Shown here piece after piece: positions 10,971-21,092 of a stretch of 64,000 nt of DNA (position 1 is the first letter of the stretch; every line of letters starts with the position of its first letter). This stretch comes from Candidatus Kapaibacterium sp. (lineage in GTDB: Bacteria > Bacteroidota > Ignavibacteria > Kapaibacteriales > UBA2268). Below the pieces are notes generated by a model. That model saw nothing but the letters and a program-made list of their open reading frames with translations, searched no databases and was not told the DNA's origin. The stretch is taken from positions 672,001 through 736,000 of the forward strand of contig OY762428.1 of NCBI GenBank assembly GCA_963665665.1, given 5' to 3'. Both the position numbers and the translations under genes were made by a program.

Positions 10971-11995
10971 TTTTCAGCCTGGTCGGATTCAATAGAAGTT
11001 TTTTTGGCAGGAATTTCCAATAACTCACGAGTCAGTTTTTTTACTTCTGCCCTGAGTTCATCAATAAGGTCATTCCGGATTTTACCTTTTACGAACCTGA
11101 TCATATTTAGTGTGCCTTCGCTCAGGTCGCAATAGTGGAGTTCAATTTCAGCACCTTCGGGTGTTCTTTTGAACATTCCGGTAATATAAATTTGTACTTC
11201 AAGATCACTGAGAGCTTTAATTTCATAAGACGTTGGTGCCTTAAAATTTTCAATGCCAAACATATTGAACATAGCATAAATGGAATCTCTTGACTCAGTA
11301 TCGTACACAACATGAGTGGGGCTTTCAATAGCAGCTTCAAAAATCGATTCCGCAACATCATAGGAAATTATCTCTTTACTTTTGAACAATTCCCAGTCCT
11401 TCTGATTCGGATCGTTCAGGAACATAAGTCCGCCAACCACAGTTGTCTTTGCCGGCAACACCCTGAAACTGCCTTCGAGATCAGCAAATAGTTCAGGCTT
11501 GTTTTCAGATTCTGCCAAAGCCCTCTGAACAGCTATCAAAATAGTAGGGTCATACAGAGGTTTGTTGTCATTTTCATGCCTGAACCTGAGTAGCGAATAA
11601 CCTATTCCCCTGCTCTCTTTATTATTTTTCACCTTTTTGCTAACCATTTCAATCCTTACCATATTCTTCAATTGCTGGACGTTAAAGAACAGGATTTTAT
11701 CTACATCAAGTTCCCTGGCAATATTCAGGGCTGTTGGTTCCTTTCCCGATTCTTCAATAATCGAAGATACCGAGTCTCTTTCAGTAAGTCCGATAACTTT
11801 ATAATCTTTTGTAAGGCCGGCAGCAAGAGTCAGCGCAGCTTCAATCTTATAATCATCAAGGAATTCAGGAGTATTTTCTGAAAACAGGCATTGCCCAATC
11901 ATCAGTTTAGTTTTATTATCATTTGAATACAGAGTATTTGCAAATAAAACAATCGTAAAAATTCCTAGCGTTATATATCTTGTCATTCCAGCCAT
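10967..11995 (-). CDS. Hypothetical exported protein, possibly two related domains
   Basis: 342-aa ORF with signal peptide; internal echo ERDSVSSII / SRDSIYAMF. Confidence 0.6.
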   Translation of the reverse strand: MAGMTRYITLGIFTIVLFANTLYSNDNKTKLMIGQCLFSENTPEFLDDYKIEAALTLAAGLTKDYKVIGLTERDSVSSIIEESGKEPTALNIARELDVDKILFFNVQQLKNMVRIEMVSKKVKNNKESRGIGYSLLRFRHENDNKPLYDPTILIAVQRALAESENKPELFADLEGSFRVLPAKTTVVGGLMFLNDPNQKDWELFKSKEIISYDVAESIFEAAIESPTHVVYDTESRDSIYAMFNMFGIENFKAPTSYEIKALSDLEVQIYITGMFKRTPEGAEIELHYCDLSEGTLNMIRFVKGKIRNDLIDELRAEVKKLTRELLEIPAKKTSIESDQAEN

Positions 11996-12159
11996 TACAA
12001 TTACTTAATTGTTAAGAAAAACTAAAAAACAAGTTAAGGAACTTCGTTTAATTACACAAATTTTTAAATATCAAATTCTCTAATCTTCCTTAATTTGAAT
12101 TTTAGGACTCAGGAATCCACGTAAATTCAGACTTTGTGATTTTGATTTTTCCAATACAT

Positions 12160-12410
12160 TTCCCTGTCCACCGCTGGCGCCGACGAGTCGGGAAAGTGCG
12201 GGGGTGGATTCTTAAAATTCCCCTCCAGTGGAGGGGTGGCGAGCGCAGCGAGACGGGGTGGTTTCTTTTTCTTAGTCCCAAGGTATTTTTATCCACGAGC
12301 TAAAGCACGTGGCTATTGAATTTTGCGATATTCTGGATGGATTGTCATTCTGAGCGCCAGCGAAGAATCCATTCTTAATGCACTATCTGCAAACAAAGAT
12401 GGATTCTTTT
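12160..12410. repeat. Cluster of REP-like palindromes of several families
   Basis: CCCCTCCAGTGGAGGGG hairpin; 31-bp TATCCACGAGCTAAAGCACGTGGCTATTGAA at 12290-12320; TGTCATTCTGAGCGCCAGCGAAGAATCC...GGATTCTT. All recur at 42690-43320 or 44410-44500. Confidence 0.85.
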
Positions 12411-12463
12411 TCCGATTGTTGGCCAATAATTTTAAAAATCCCCCCTAATCGCCTCATTCTTTT

Positions 12464-13543
12464 GCTCTGTCCCCCCGTTCTTCCACCCCAATGAACAGGC
12501 CGCCGGCCTTAATTCCCCAACCTGTGGTTTCAATGAACCGGATAATTCCCTTACTTCAATGCTGTTTTGAACCAGAATTCAAATGTTTGGGCTAAATGCT
12601 TTGTTGGCAGAGCTTTAAACTGCCTTGGCCGGAGGTATTGAACTACTGTTTGGCCTTATTGTAGTGAAATTTGGCCTCATTGAACACTTGGTTGGCTTTA
12701 CTGAACACTTGGTTGACCTTACTGAACACTTGGTTGGCTTTACTGAACACTTGGTTGACCTTACTGAACGCTTGTTTGACCTTACTGAACACTTGGTTGA
12801 CCTTACTGAACACTTGTTTGACCTTACTGAACACTTGTTTGACCTTACTGAACGCTTGGTTGACCTTACTGAACGCTTGGTTGACCTTACTGAACGCTTG
12901 GTTGATCTTACTGAACGCTTGGTTGATCTTACTGAACATGTTCTTTGCCTCCGACCAAGAGTTCAATGCCTCCGACCAAGAGTTCAATGCCTTCAACCAA
13001 GAGTTCAATGCCTCCGACCAAGGCAGCAATGACTCTGACCAGGGCGGCAATGACTCCGACCAAGGCATCAATAAAGCAAAACATTGGTGCAATAGTGTCG
13101 TCCAAGAGTTCATTATCTTCAAACAAGGCGGCAATGACTTCGAGCAAGGCGGCAATAACTCCGGCCAAGGCGGCAATGACTTCAACCAAGGCGTCAATAA
13201 CTCCGACCAAGGCGGCAATAAAGCAAAACATTGCTGCAATAGTGTCGACCAAGACCTCAATACCTCTGACCCCTCCCAAACCCTCCCCGAAGGGGCGGGC
13301 TTTGAAGAAGAATAAGGCAACAACAGAATAAAACATTGATGCAATAACTTAGAACATTGGTGAAATGCCGCTGACCCTTCCTACCTCCCCCCGGCCCCCT
13401 CCTTGGGAAGGAGGGGGAGTTAATTCTATGATATTTAACTTCTTATCCCCTCCTAAAGTAGGAGGGGAATACAGGGGAGGTTTTCTTTCTTTGCTTCCGA
13501 CCAGTGCATTATTATCCACGCGCTAAAGCACCTGGCTATTGAA
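12464..13543. repeat. Copy 1 of a ~1.07-kb element made of head-to-head 21-bp tandem arrays
   Basis: Array A 12681-12932 (12 units, TGAACRCTTGKTTGACCTTAC-like); centre GAACATGTTC 12934-12943; array B 12947-13261 (15 units, GCCTCCGACCAAGAGTTCAAT-like); collinear with 43341-44399. Confidence 0.95.
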
Positions 13544-13561
13544 ATTTTCCTCCTTTCTCCT

Positions 13562-13643
13562 CCTTCCCAAGCCCCGCTTGGGAAGGCAAATACCACAGGA
13601 AAAAAAAGAAAACATCACATCTAAGCAGGGGCTTAGATGCGAG
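13562..13643. repeat. Inverted pair of REP-like hairpins (REPIN-like doublet)
   Basis: CCTTCCCAAGCCCCGCTTGGGAAGG (13562-13586) and CATCTAAGCAGGGGCTTAGATG (13618-13639) in opposite orientation. Confidence 0.6.
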
Positions 13644-13646
13644 TAT

Positions 13647-13688
13647 AAAAAAAATCCGGGCAATGGACCTTTCCACTACCCGGATTTT
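13647..13688 (-). terminator. Probable intrinsic terminator of the 13698-15950 gene
   Basis: AAAATCCGGG...CCCGGATTTT stem followed by a T-run on the minus strand, just after the stop codon. Confidence 0.6.
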
Positions 13689-13697
13689 ATTTTTGCC

Positions 13698-15950
13698 TTA
13701 CCTTTCAATTATCAATGTCTTAACGCCGGGCATTAACTCGTGAGGTCCGGAATTAATCGAAGAACGGACGTAATATAATCCGTTTGGAATATCATCAAGA
13801 GCTACTCTTAATTCTTCTCCGGGACGAGATTTTGTATTAAATACTACAGAGCCAAGCTGATTGACTATCTCAATATTCAAAACACTGCTTTCATCGGTTG
13901 AAGCCGGAGTAAATGCAGTGATATAAACAAAATCTTCGGCAGGGTTGGGGGAAATCGAAATAATCTCATTTCTTTCATCTTTATCGTCTTGATTATCTAC
14001 ACCGACATATACTTTTTTTGAACGTACAAATCCTTCAAAACCAAGATTTCCGACATAGCGCCCTGATGGGTGAGGAAAAACTCTATATTCTCCATAACTT
14101 CCATAAGATTCAACTGAATCGAGCAGTTTAAGTTCATGGTTTGAATTTATTCTTTCAAATAGCAAGTATTTTCCTTCATGCCAGGTTGTAAACAAAAATT
14201 TGTCATCAAACCCAAGGTAGGACTGAACTTTCGCATTAAATTCTCCAAAGTCCGAAATAAATTCAACCTCCTGCCAGGATTCACCATAATCACTAGTATA
14301 AAAATTAGTAACATTACGCAGAGTTGCATATCCTTCTCCTGAATTATTGAAGTTAAAACTATTAACTTCCATACCTAAATGATTATGCACTTTCTTTTGC
14401 CAGGTTTTTCCTTTATCTTTTGATACATAAATTAACTCTTCCATACCACCAACAAAATACCAGTCTAAGCTGTTAATACCTATGCAATATTGTATTGATG
14501 GGAAATCAATTTCAAGAGTATCCCATGATTTACCGTCATCGGTTGAGAGTTGAACCCCGCCTCCCAAAAGCATTCCTAAAATATTACCTTCCGAATCAAC
14601 TTTTAGATCGTCAAAAGGAACATACCCTTCACCTTCATAACTGTATATCAATCCATCTGAAAATATTTCCCAGCTATCTCCCTTATTGGTTGATCGATAG
14701 ATACCTTCGCCATAATATTCACTTGCTAGGATACTTCCGGCTTTTGTTTCAACTAAAGAAGTAAACATTTTATTACAAAAATCAAAATATTCCCAGGTTT
14801 CTCCCATATCAGTTGTTTTCATAATATTGGGATAGTAAGTGAATATATCACCATTTGAGAATATTCTCATATCCTGAAAATAATATGAATTTATATTGCT
14901 TTCCATAAATTCCCAGGTTTCCCCTTTATCTGTTGATTTAAAGATACCCCAACTTCCATAGCTTTTAAAATAAACTCCTTTGTTATTAATATCAAAACCT
15001 TCAATTGAAGATGGCGTATGATAATAGTCTTCGAAACCATTATCCAATATTTCCCACGATTGTCCCGTATCACTTGTTTTAGCAATACCATCCGGAATAT
15101 TTGCAATAAAATTATTTTCGTCATAAAAAATAATATCGCTAATAAAAAAATTTCGGTAGGGGCGATATATTGGATCGAATGTTTGATATTGGTCTTTGGT
15201 ATAACAAAGTATTTCATTAAAAGAACAAATATTAAAATTCCATTTGTATTTATTTACAAAATAAATGACATTTCTATTAATATTCTCAAGTATTTCCCAT
15301 GATTTCCCACCATTATTAGTTTTTATTATTGTAGAATTTAAACGATCAATATAACAATTACAAATAATTTGATTTTCATTAAATGCATAAATATTATTTA
15401 TTCTCGAATTTGAAAATACAGTATCAATAATTGATATCCATGACTGGCCTAAATCATTTGATTTATAAATACCAAATTCATAAGAAAATGGACTATCAAT
15501 TATGATATTAGTAGCAACATATAGATTATTATCAAAATCAATATCGTAGTCAATGAGATCCTCATCAAAATCATGAGGATTAGATGATTTTGGAAAAGGA
15601 GAAGATTGTATCCAACTGTCACCATCATCAGTTGAAATATATATACACCCACCTAAATCTCTTGATTTAAAATATAATCTATCCTCAGTATCAATTTTAA
15701 AATCATTTTTTCTTCCTCTAAATAATACATCCAATTTAGAATGTCGGGTTACTGATTCATAGGTCTTGCCATCGTCGTAAGACCTGAATATTCCATTATG
15801 AGTCAAGGCAAAAATAGTTCCTTTGCTATTAATTTCTATCTGTGAAACATTATGGTATTTGATATTATTCAATACTTCCCAAAATGAATCATCTGAATAC
15901 AAATTGAGAGTAACAATGAAAAGTAGAAATGTTGTAACGGATTTCATCAT
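13698..15950 (-). CDS. BNR/Asp-box repeat beta-propeller protein with T9SS C-terminal domain
   Basis: Many S/TxDxGxT/SW repeats; C-terminal ISPNPAEDF...GLYYVR...KTLIIER. Confidence 0.85.
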   Translation of the reverse strand: MMKSVTTFLLFIVTLNLYSDDSFWEVLNNIKYHNVSQIEINSKGTIFALTHNGIFRSYDDGKTYESVTRHSKLDVLFRGRKNDFKIDTEDRLYFKSRDLGGCIYISTDDGDSWIQSSPFPKSSNPHDFDEDLIDYDIDFDNNLYVATNIIIDSPFSYEFGIYKSNDLGQSWISIIDTVFSNSRINNIYAFNENQIICNCYIDRLNSTIIKTNNGGKSWEILENINRNVIYFVNKYKWNFNICSFNEILCYTKDQYQTFDPIYRPYRNFFISDIIFYDENNFIANIPDGIAKTSDTGQSWEILDNGFEDYYHTPSSIEGFDINNKGVYFKSYGSWGIFKSTDKGETWEFMESNINSYYFQDMRIFSNGDIFTYYPNIMKTTDMGETWEYFDFCNKMFTSLVETKAGSILASEYYGEGIYRSTNKGDSWEIFSDGLIYSYEGEGYVPFDDLKVDSEGNILGMLLGGGVQLSTDDGKSWDTLEIDFPSIQYCIGINSLDWYFVGGMEELIYVSKDKGKTWQKKVHNHLGMEVNSFNFNNSGEGYATLRNVTNFYTSDYGESWQEVEFISDFGEFNAKVQSYLGFDDKFLFTTWHEGKYLLFERINSNHELKLLDSVESYGSYGEYRVFPHPSGRYVGNLGFEGFVRSKKVYVGVDNQDDKDERNEIISISPNPAEDFVYITAFTPASTDESSVLNIEIVNQLGSVVFNTKSRPGEELRVALDDIPNGLYYVRSSINSGPHELMPGVKTLIIER

Positions 15951-15961
15951 ATTTCCTTAAG

Positions 15962-15991
15962 TATTGCCGTGGTTAACAAACCACGGCAATA
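15962..15991. repeat. 13-bp-arm palindrome upstream of the BNR gene (REP-like or regulatory)
   Basis: TATTGCCGTGGTT-AACA-AACCACGGCAATA; shares the CCACG/CGTGG core with the 31-bp repeat. Confidence 0.55.
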
Positions 15992-16130
15992 TATGAATTA
16001 ATTAAATTATTTGATAATTAATAATGACTTAGTAATTTTATTTCCATTCTATTCAATATTCCAATCCTGATTTTAAAATATCCGATACAAATCGTAATTT
16101 GCATGTTTTAAAACTGGCGAGGGAATTTTC

Positions 16131-18743
16131 TTGGATGATAAAAGGGCAATATTAAAGAAATACTTTGGCTTTGACAGCTTCAGGGACGGTCAGGAGGAAA
16201 TTATTGATTCAATCCTTAATGACCGCGACGTTCTGGCTGTTATGCCAACCGGAGGAGGAAAATCCCTTTGCTATCAACTTCCGGCAATAATGAAAAAGGG
16301 TACTGCCCTTATCATTTCGCCGCTTATCGCCCTGATGAAAGACCAGGTGGACTCGCTAAAACAAAAAAATATTCCTGCCGAATTCATTAACAGTACTCTT
16401 GGAATGGGAGAAATCCAGGCACGACTGGACGGAGCCATTGCCGGCGATTACAAGCTGTTATATATAGCCCCGGAACGCCTGGAAAGCAAAAGATTTCTTA
16501 ATATGCTGTCAATGCTCAATATCAGTTTTGTAGCAGTAGATGAAGCACATTGTGTTTCACAGTGGGGGCACGACTTCAGGCCATCTTATTTATATATCAG
16601 CAAAGCTGTAAAATCCATCAGGTACGGTTCTCTTGCCGCCCTTACAGCTACTGCCACCCCGGAAGTCAGGGATGATATTGTACAATCATTGGAAATGAAG
16701 CTGCCAAACGAAGTAATCAAAGGATTCGACCGCCCGAACCTGAAATATATCAGCAAACATTCGAATGATAAGATTTCAGACTTGCAGGATATTTTTTCCA
16801 ATATGAAATCCGGAAGCGGTATTGTTTATTGCGGAACCAGAAAAAAAGTTGAAGAATATACTGCCGCTCTAAAATCCAAAAGAATTAATGCCGAAGGCTA
16901 TCACGCCGGAATGAAACCTATCGTCAGGAAAAAAATCCAGGAAGACTTTATTACAGGCAGAAAGAAAATAATTCTCGCTACAAATGCTTTCGGTATGGGT
17001 ATCGATAAGGCAGACGTCCGCACGGTAGTGCACGTGGACCTTCCGCAAACAGTGGAAGCCTACTATCAGGAAGCCGGCAGGGCAGGACGCGACGGAGAGA
17101 AATCAGAATGTATTATGCTTTACCATCCTTCGGATATTTTCCTCCAGGAGTTTTTTATTGATGCTAATTATCCCCCAAAGGAAGATATTCGCAAGGTCTA
17201 TACAAGTATCTATGATATGGCAGGAGCAGGCAACGGCGAAAAGCCCGCTGCACCGCTTTATGCCGATGAAATTGAAATTGCCGAGCGCGCGCGGGTGAAT
17301 GTATCTGAAACACGTTCGATTATCGGTTTGCTGGAAAGGTTTGGGATACTTCTGCGCAGCCAGGCCCTGAAATCTGCCAGGCTAAAGATAACAACCAGCA
17401 GGAACCGATTGGTTGACTACATGAATAATACCAACGAACAAAGAGCAAAGGTTCTTGAATCAATTTTAAGAAGCAGTACATCCGAATCCATGGAAAAATT
17501 CGTCGATTTTGACCTGAAAGGTTTTCTGCTGAAATATGATCTATCAACCGAGGAATTCAGGAAAGCTGTGGAGGCATTTGAATTCGCACGATTATTAAAA
17601 TTCACATATAGTGGATCCGAGAAAGGTATATTGCTGAAGAAGGAACGCGCACCAATTCTTAAAATCCCCATTGATTTCAGCGAACTTGAAGAAAGACGCG
17701 ATCATGCTGTGGCTAAAGCGGATATTATGCGAATGTATGCCGAAACCGCCGAGTGCAAAAGAAATTTCATTCTCCAGTATTTTGGTGAATCGAATATTCA
17801 GGACAGTTGCGGCAACTGTTCGTCATGCCTTTCGGGCAGCGGCAGAAAAAAAAGAAAACCCATTGCAAATTCTAAATTGCAGACAAAGGTTTTAACTGCT
17901 GTTTGCGAACTTGACGGCAGGTTTAATTTCACGATTCTCACCGACTATCTTCATGGCGATACAAACAAACAAATAAAAGACTACGGGCTGGACAAACCGT
18001 CCGGCTTTGGAAGCGCATCCGATAGCAGGCTTATCAGAATTAAGGAAGAGATAGATAAAGCCATATATGCAAGGCTGATTGAAGTAAAGGACAACAACAA
18101 AAACAAGCCAAAAATCACCAAAGAAGGCAGGCTCAAACTCGGACGCCCTGTTAATCCGCTAAAGCTGGAGTTCAAAAATCGAAAAGTTGATAATGCTCTA
18201 TATGAAGAGCTTTGCCAGCTTAGGGAGGAACTTGCTGCTAAAGATGGCATCGTTCCCCGGGCTATTGCCAGCGACAGGGCCGTGAAGCTGATATCGAAAA
18301 ACAAACCTGTTGATGATAAGGGGCTGAGCGAAATACAGGGCATAGGGCCAATTTTTAAAACCAGGTATGGCAGATTTTTTATATCCAGGGTTCAGGAATA
18401 TTTAAATCCTAAACACAAAATAAAGTTAAAACCTGTCGGTGAAGAAATTAAAAAAGCCGCTGAACTTTGGAACACATTTACTGATTTCGAGCATGTTGCA
18501 TCAAAAATGAAGATATCAACTGGTGAAGCCTCTTTCCATATACAAAAAGCTATTGAGGCAGGTTTGAAACTGGATGTTAGCGATTATAAAGATAGTTCTG
18601 TTATTGAAATAATAATTGATGTACTTATGAACCGCCCCAATGCTAATATTGCTGAGATCAGGCGAAATATACCTGTCAATATCAATATCGAAACATTAAG
18701 GATAAATATTGCCCTCGCAAAAAATGAGCTGGGAATACGGTAA
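16131..18743 (+). CDS. recQ: RecQ-family ATP-dependent DNA helicase
   Basis: PTGGGKSLCYQ, DEAHCVSQWGHDFRP, QEAGRAGRDG, Zn-binding CGNCSSC, HRDC-like C-terminus; TTG start. Confidence 0.93.
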   Translation: MDDKRAILKKYFGFDSFRDGQEEIIDSILNDRDVLAVMPTGGGKSLCYQLPAIMKKGTALIISPLIALMKDQVDSLKQKNIPAEFINSTLGMGEIQARLDGAIAGDYKLLYIAPERLESKRFLNMLSMLNISFVAVDEAHCVSQWGHDFRPSYLYISKAVKSIRYGSLAALTATATPEVRDDIVQSLEMKLPNEVIKGFDRPNLKYISKHSNDKISDLQDIFSNMKSGSGIVYCGTRKKVEEYTAALKSKRINAEGYHAGMKPIVRKKIQEDFITGRKKIILATNAFGMGIDKADVRTVVHVDLPQTVEAYYQEAGRAGRDGEKSECIMLYHPSDIFLQEFFIDANYPPKEDIRKVYTSIYDMAGAGNGEKPAAPLYADEIEIAERARVNVSETRSIIGLLERFGILLRSQALKSARLKITTSRNRLVDYMNNTNEQRAKVLESILRSSTSESMEKFVDFDLKGFLLKYDLSTEEFRKAVEAFEFARLLKFTYSGSEKGILLKKERAPILKIPIDFSELEERRDHAVAKADIMRMYAETAECKRNFILQYFGESNIQDSCGNCSSCLSGSGRKKRKPIANSKLQTKVLTAVCELDGRFNFTILTDYLHGDTNKQIKDYGLDKPSGFGSASDSRLIRIKEEIDKAIYARLIEVKDNNKNKPKITKEGRLKLGRPVNPLKLEFKNRKVDNALYEELCQLREELAAKDGIVPRAIASDRAVKLISKNKPVDDKGLSEIQGIGPIFKTRYGRFFISRVQEYLNPKHKIKLKPVGEEIKKAAELWNTFTDFEHVASKMKISTGEASFHIQKAIEAGLKLDVSDYKDSSVIEIIIDVLMNRPNANIAEIRRNIPVNINIETLRINIALAKNELGIR

Positions 18744-18923
18744 TTTTTTGTTGTGAAGCCAAAGTACACTGAAGTATATCCAATATTCATCAGGCTCATT
18801 GACTTCATCAGTTTCGAACGCTATTTCACATTAAAAATCCTCCCCGGGTATATTCCGGGAAGGTGATATATAAAAAATAATCTTCTTCCAAGTAAAAGCA
18901 AGCCATTGCAGGCCAACAGTTAA

Positions 18924-21092
18924 TTATTTCTTAATAAATTTTACTATTTCATTTTTAAGGAATATATAATACATTCCCGGAGCTAAACCGGCAACATTAA
19001 ATCTTAGTTTTCCGGTTGCGCTATCAGGCATTAATAGGAACTCTTCGCCCCTAACGTTATATGCTGAAATCTCATCGAAAATTCCAATTTGTTCAATATT
19101 GTCAAATTGAATCTCGATGAAATCATCAGCTGGATTGGGATATGCGTATGTTCTGATTTTTTCATTATTTCCTTCAACCGATCGAAGAATATCAACAGGT
19201 ACAGGAGTTTCGTAGTAATAATAATAGAATGGGCATTGAGTTGTTGCGTAGAAATATCCTTTCCTGCTAACAAACGGAGGCGCATTACCTACCAGATTTT
19301 CTTTCGATCCGTCAAAATAATTTATAACATAGAAAGAATATGTTTGATATACCGGATCGTGTATATAAGAGTACCAGATTGCATCGCTGTTTCCGTATAG
19401 TCCTCTTTTTTGCATTTCCCATGCTTTCGGATACTGGCTAATTCCCCTGTAATAATGTGTGCTGAAGAAATTGTCGTAAACAATAACTGTATCATATGAA
19501 GTTTTTAGCAGCAGGTTCGTCCCGTCAGCAGAAATATCTTCAATATCATAACCCATCAGGGCATCTCCAAGCTCAATTTCATCAGATTCACCGTTAGCGG
19601 GATCAAAATTAAAAAAGCTGTTATCCTGAGTAAAATAGCGTATTCGGCCGAACTCGTTTGCAACCATTTTCATAATTTTCATATTTTCTGTTTTGATATC
19701 TGCCTGGCTTATTAACTGCAATTCCGGATAGCTATATGTTTTAATTTTTGTATTATTGCATACAATTAGTTTATCAAAGCCGCTGAAGTGTAAATATGAT
19801 ATATTGCCAAGTTCGGTATTAATAATTGTTTCGACAGAATCGCCTTCTATATCGTATTTACAGACATTACCATTTTCTGTAAGGATTAATGAAGTCAGGT
19901 CGTCAGAGAACGCTCGGGGAATATAATCGCTGTATATATACTTAACAAATCCGCCTTCATCGTTTACGAGCGCATTGAATGTATTAATATTTTCATCCGG
20001 ATACTGGCTTTTCCCATAAACCGACATTAGTAAATTATCCTTGCCGATCACTATTTTCTCGGGATAGCATACATAACCTGCCGGGACGGAAGTTATTCTT
20101 CTTTCACTGCTCCTGTTGTAAATGAAGTATATAGTAGCAGCCCATGGCATATCGGCATGTGTTCCGCAATAGAAAGTTTCAGGTTCAAAAGTAAGAGCCC
20201 TTTCTCCGTCCGAACACATATAATAATAGTTAGGTGTTCCGGGCAGATATGTCTGCCCGTTTGTTCTGCTAATAATAGTATCTGCTTCAATATCAAAAAG
20301 AACTGAATATCCGTCAAAACCGTAAGTTAAGTAATTCAGGTCTTTTGAAAATTCAAAGTATGTAAATTGATCAATGGCAGTATGGGTAAATTCAATTTTC
20401 CCCGTTTCCGATTCCGCAATAGCAATTTTATCTCCCTTTGTATAAATTATCTTAGTACCGTTATTTCTAAAACTTACATTTGTACATCCTTCAACAAATG
20501 GAATTTTTCTTTTACTTTCTTTTGAATCGAAATCGAAAAATTCCAGACTGTCACCCTTATGCAGGCAGTATTCTTCTCCTTCAGGATTTAGGTAAGCACT
20601 TGAATAAAAGGAAGGATTAACGTCAATTTGAAAATTTTCAACAATCGCACCTGTCCCAAGGCTGTACGAAGCAAATCGCATAGTCGATTTGTCAAAGAAA
20701 TAAACCATTTCCCCGTTGGATGAAAATGCTTTTTGCAATCGTGAGTCGGAAAAATTAAATATTGTTACAATTTCCTGTAAAGGTTCCCATGTCCTGAAAT
20801 TGTATATCATTAATTTACTGTCAACCATAAATGCTATCCGGCTGCTTTCATCATTAATAATAGCACCGTAGCAATCCGATCCGTAGTGTGGAACAAAATT
20901 GAACTCTTTGTTGGCTCCGGTTGTCAGATCTACCAGGAAATAATGAGTTTTCTTATCATCGCCGACAATTATTTCATTGTCATTATACGGGTTTACAATA
21001 TAAGAAACATCAAAATACTCCCTGCTGTTCCATGAAAATGCAACAGATTTAACTAAAATTAAAAAGAGAGTAGCGGTAATTAACTTTTTCAT
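18924..21092 (-). CDS. Secreted beta-propeller-like protein with T9SS C-terminal domain
   Basis: Signal peptide; repeated FSxDG-type blades; C-terminal YPNPADDF...GMYYI...KFIKK. Confidence 0.75.
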   Translation of the reverse strand: MKKLITATLFLILVKSVAFSWNSREYFDVSYIVNPYNDNEIIVGDDKKTHYFLVDLTTGANKEFNFVPHYGSDCYGAIINDESSRIAFMVDSKLMIYNFRTWEPLQEIVTIFNFSDSRLQKAFSSNGEMVYFFDKSTMRFASYSLGTGAIVENFQIDVNPSFYSSAYLNPEGEEYCLHKGDSLEFFDFDSKESKRKIPFVEGCTNVSFRNNGTKIIYTKGDKIAIAESETGKIEFTHTAIDQFTYFEFSKDLNYLTYGFDGYSVLFDIEADTIISRTNGQTYLPGTPNYYYMCSDGERALTFEPETFYCGTHADMPWAATIYFIYNRSSERRITSVPAGYVCYPEKIVIGKDNLLMSVYGKSQYPDENINTFNALVNDEGGFVKYIYSDYIPRAFSDDLTSLILTENGNVCKYDIEGDSVETIINTELGNISYLHFSGFDKLIVCNNTKIKTYSYPELQLISQADIKTENMKIMKMVANEFGRIRYFTQDNSFFNFDPANGESDEIELGDALMGYDIEDISADGTNLLLKTSYDTVIVYDNFFSTHYYRGISQYPKAWEMQKRGLYGNSDAIWYSYIHDPVYQTYSFYVINYFDGSKENLVGNAPPFVSRKGYFYATTQCPFYYYYYETPVPVDILRSVEGNNEKIRTYAYPNPADDFIEIQFDNIEQIGIFDEISAYNVRGEEFLLMPDSATGKLRFNVAGLAPGMYYIFLKNEIVKFIKK

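Noticed and set aside
12681-13261. CRISPR or TIGR-like guide array
   Set aside because: Units are contiguous 21-mers with no unique spacers, and no cas or Nop-domain gene is in the window.
12625-13336. Other overlapping ORFs in the arrays (and at 43460-44382)
   Set aside because: Expected by-product of stop-poor 21-bp repeats; no RBS or family motif.
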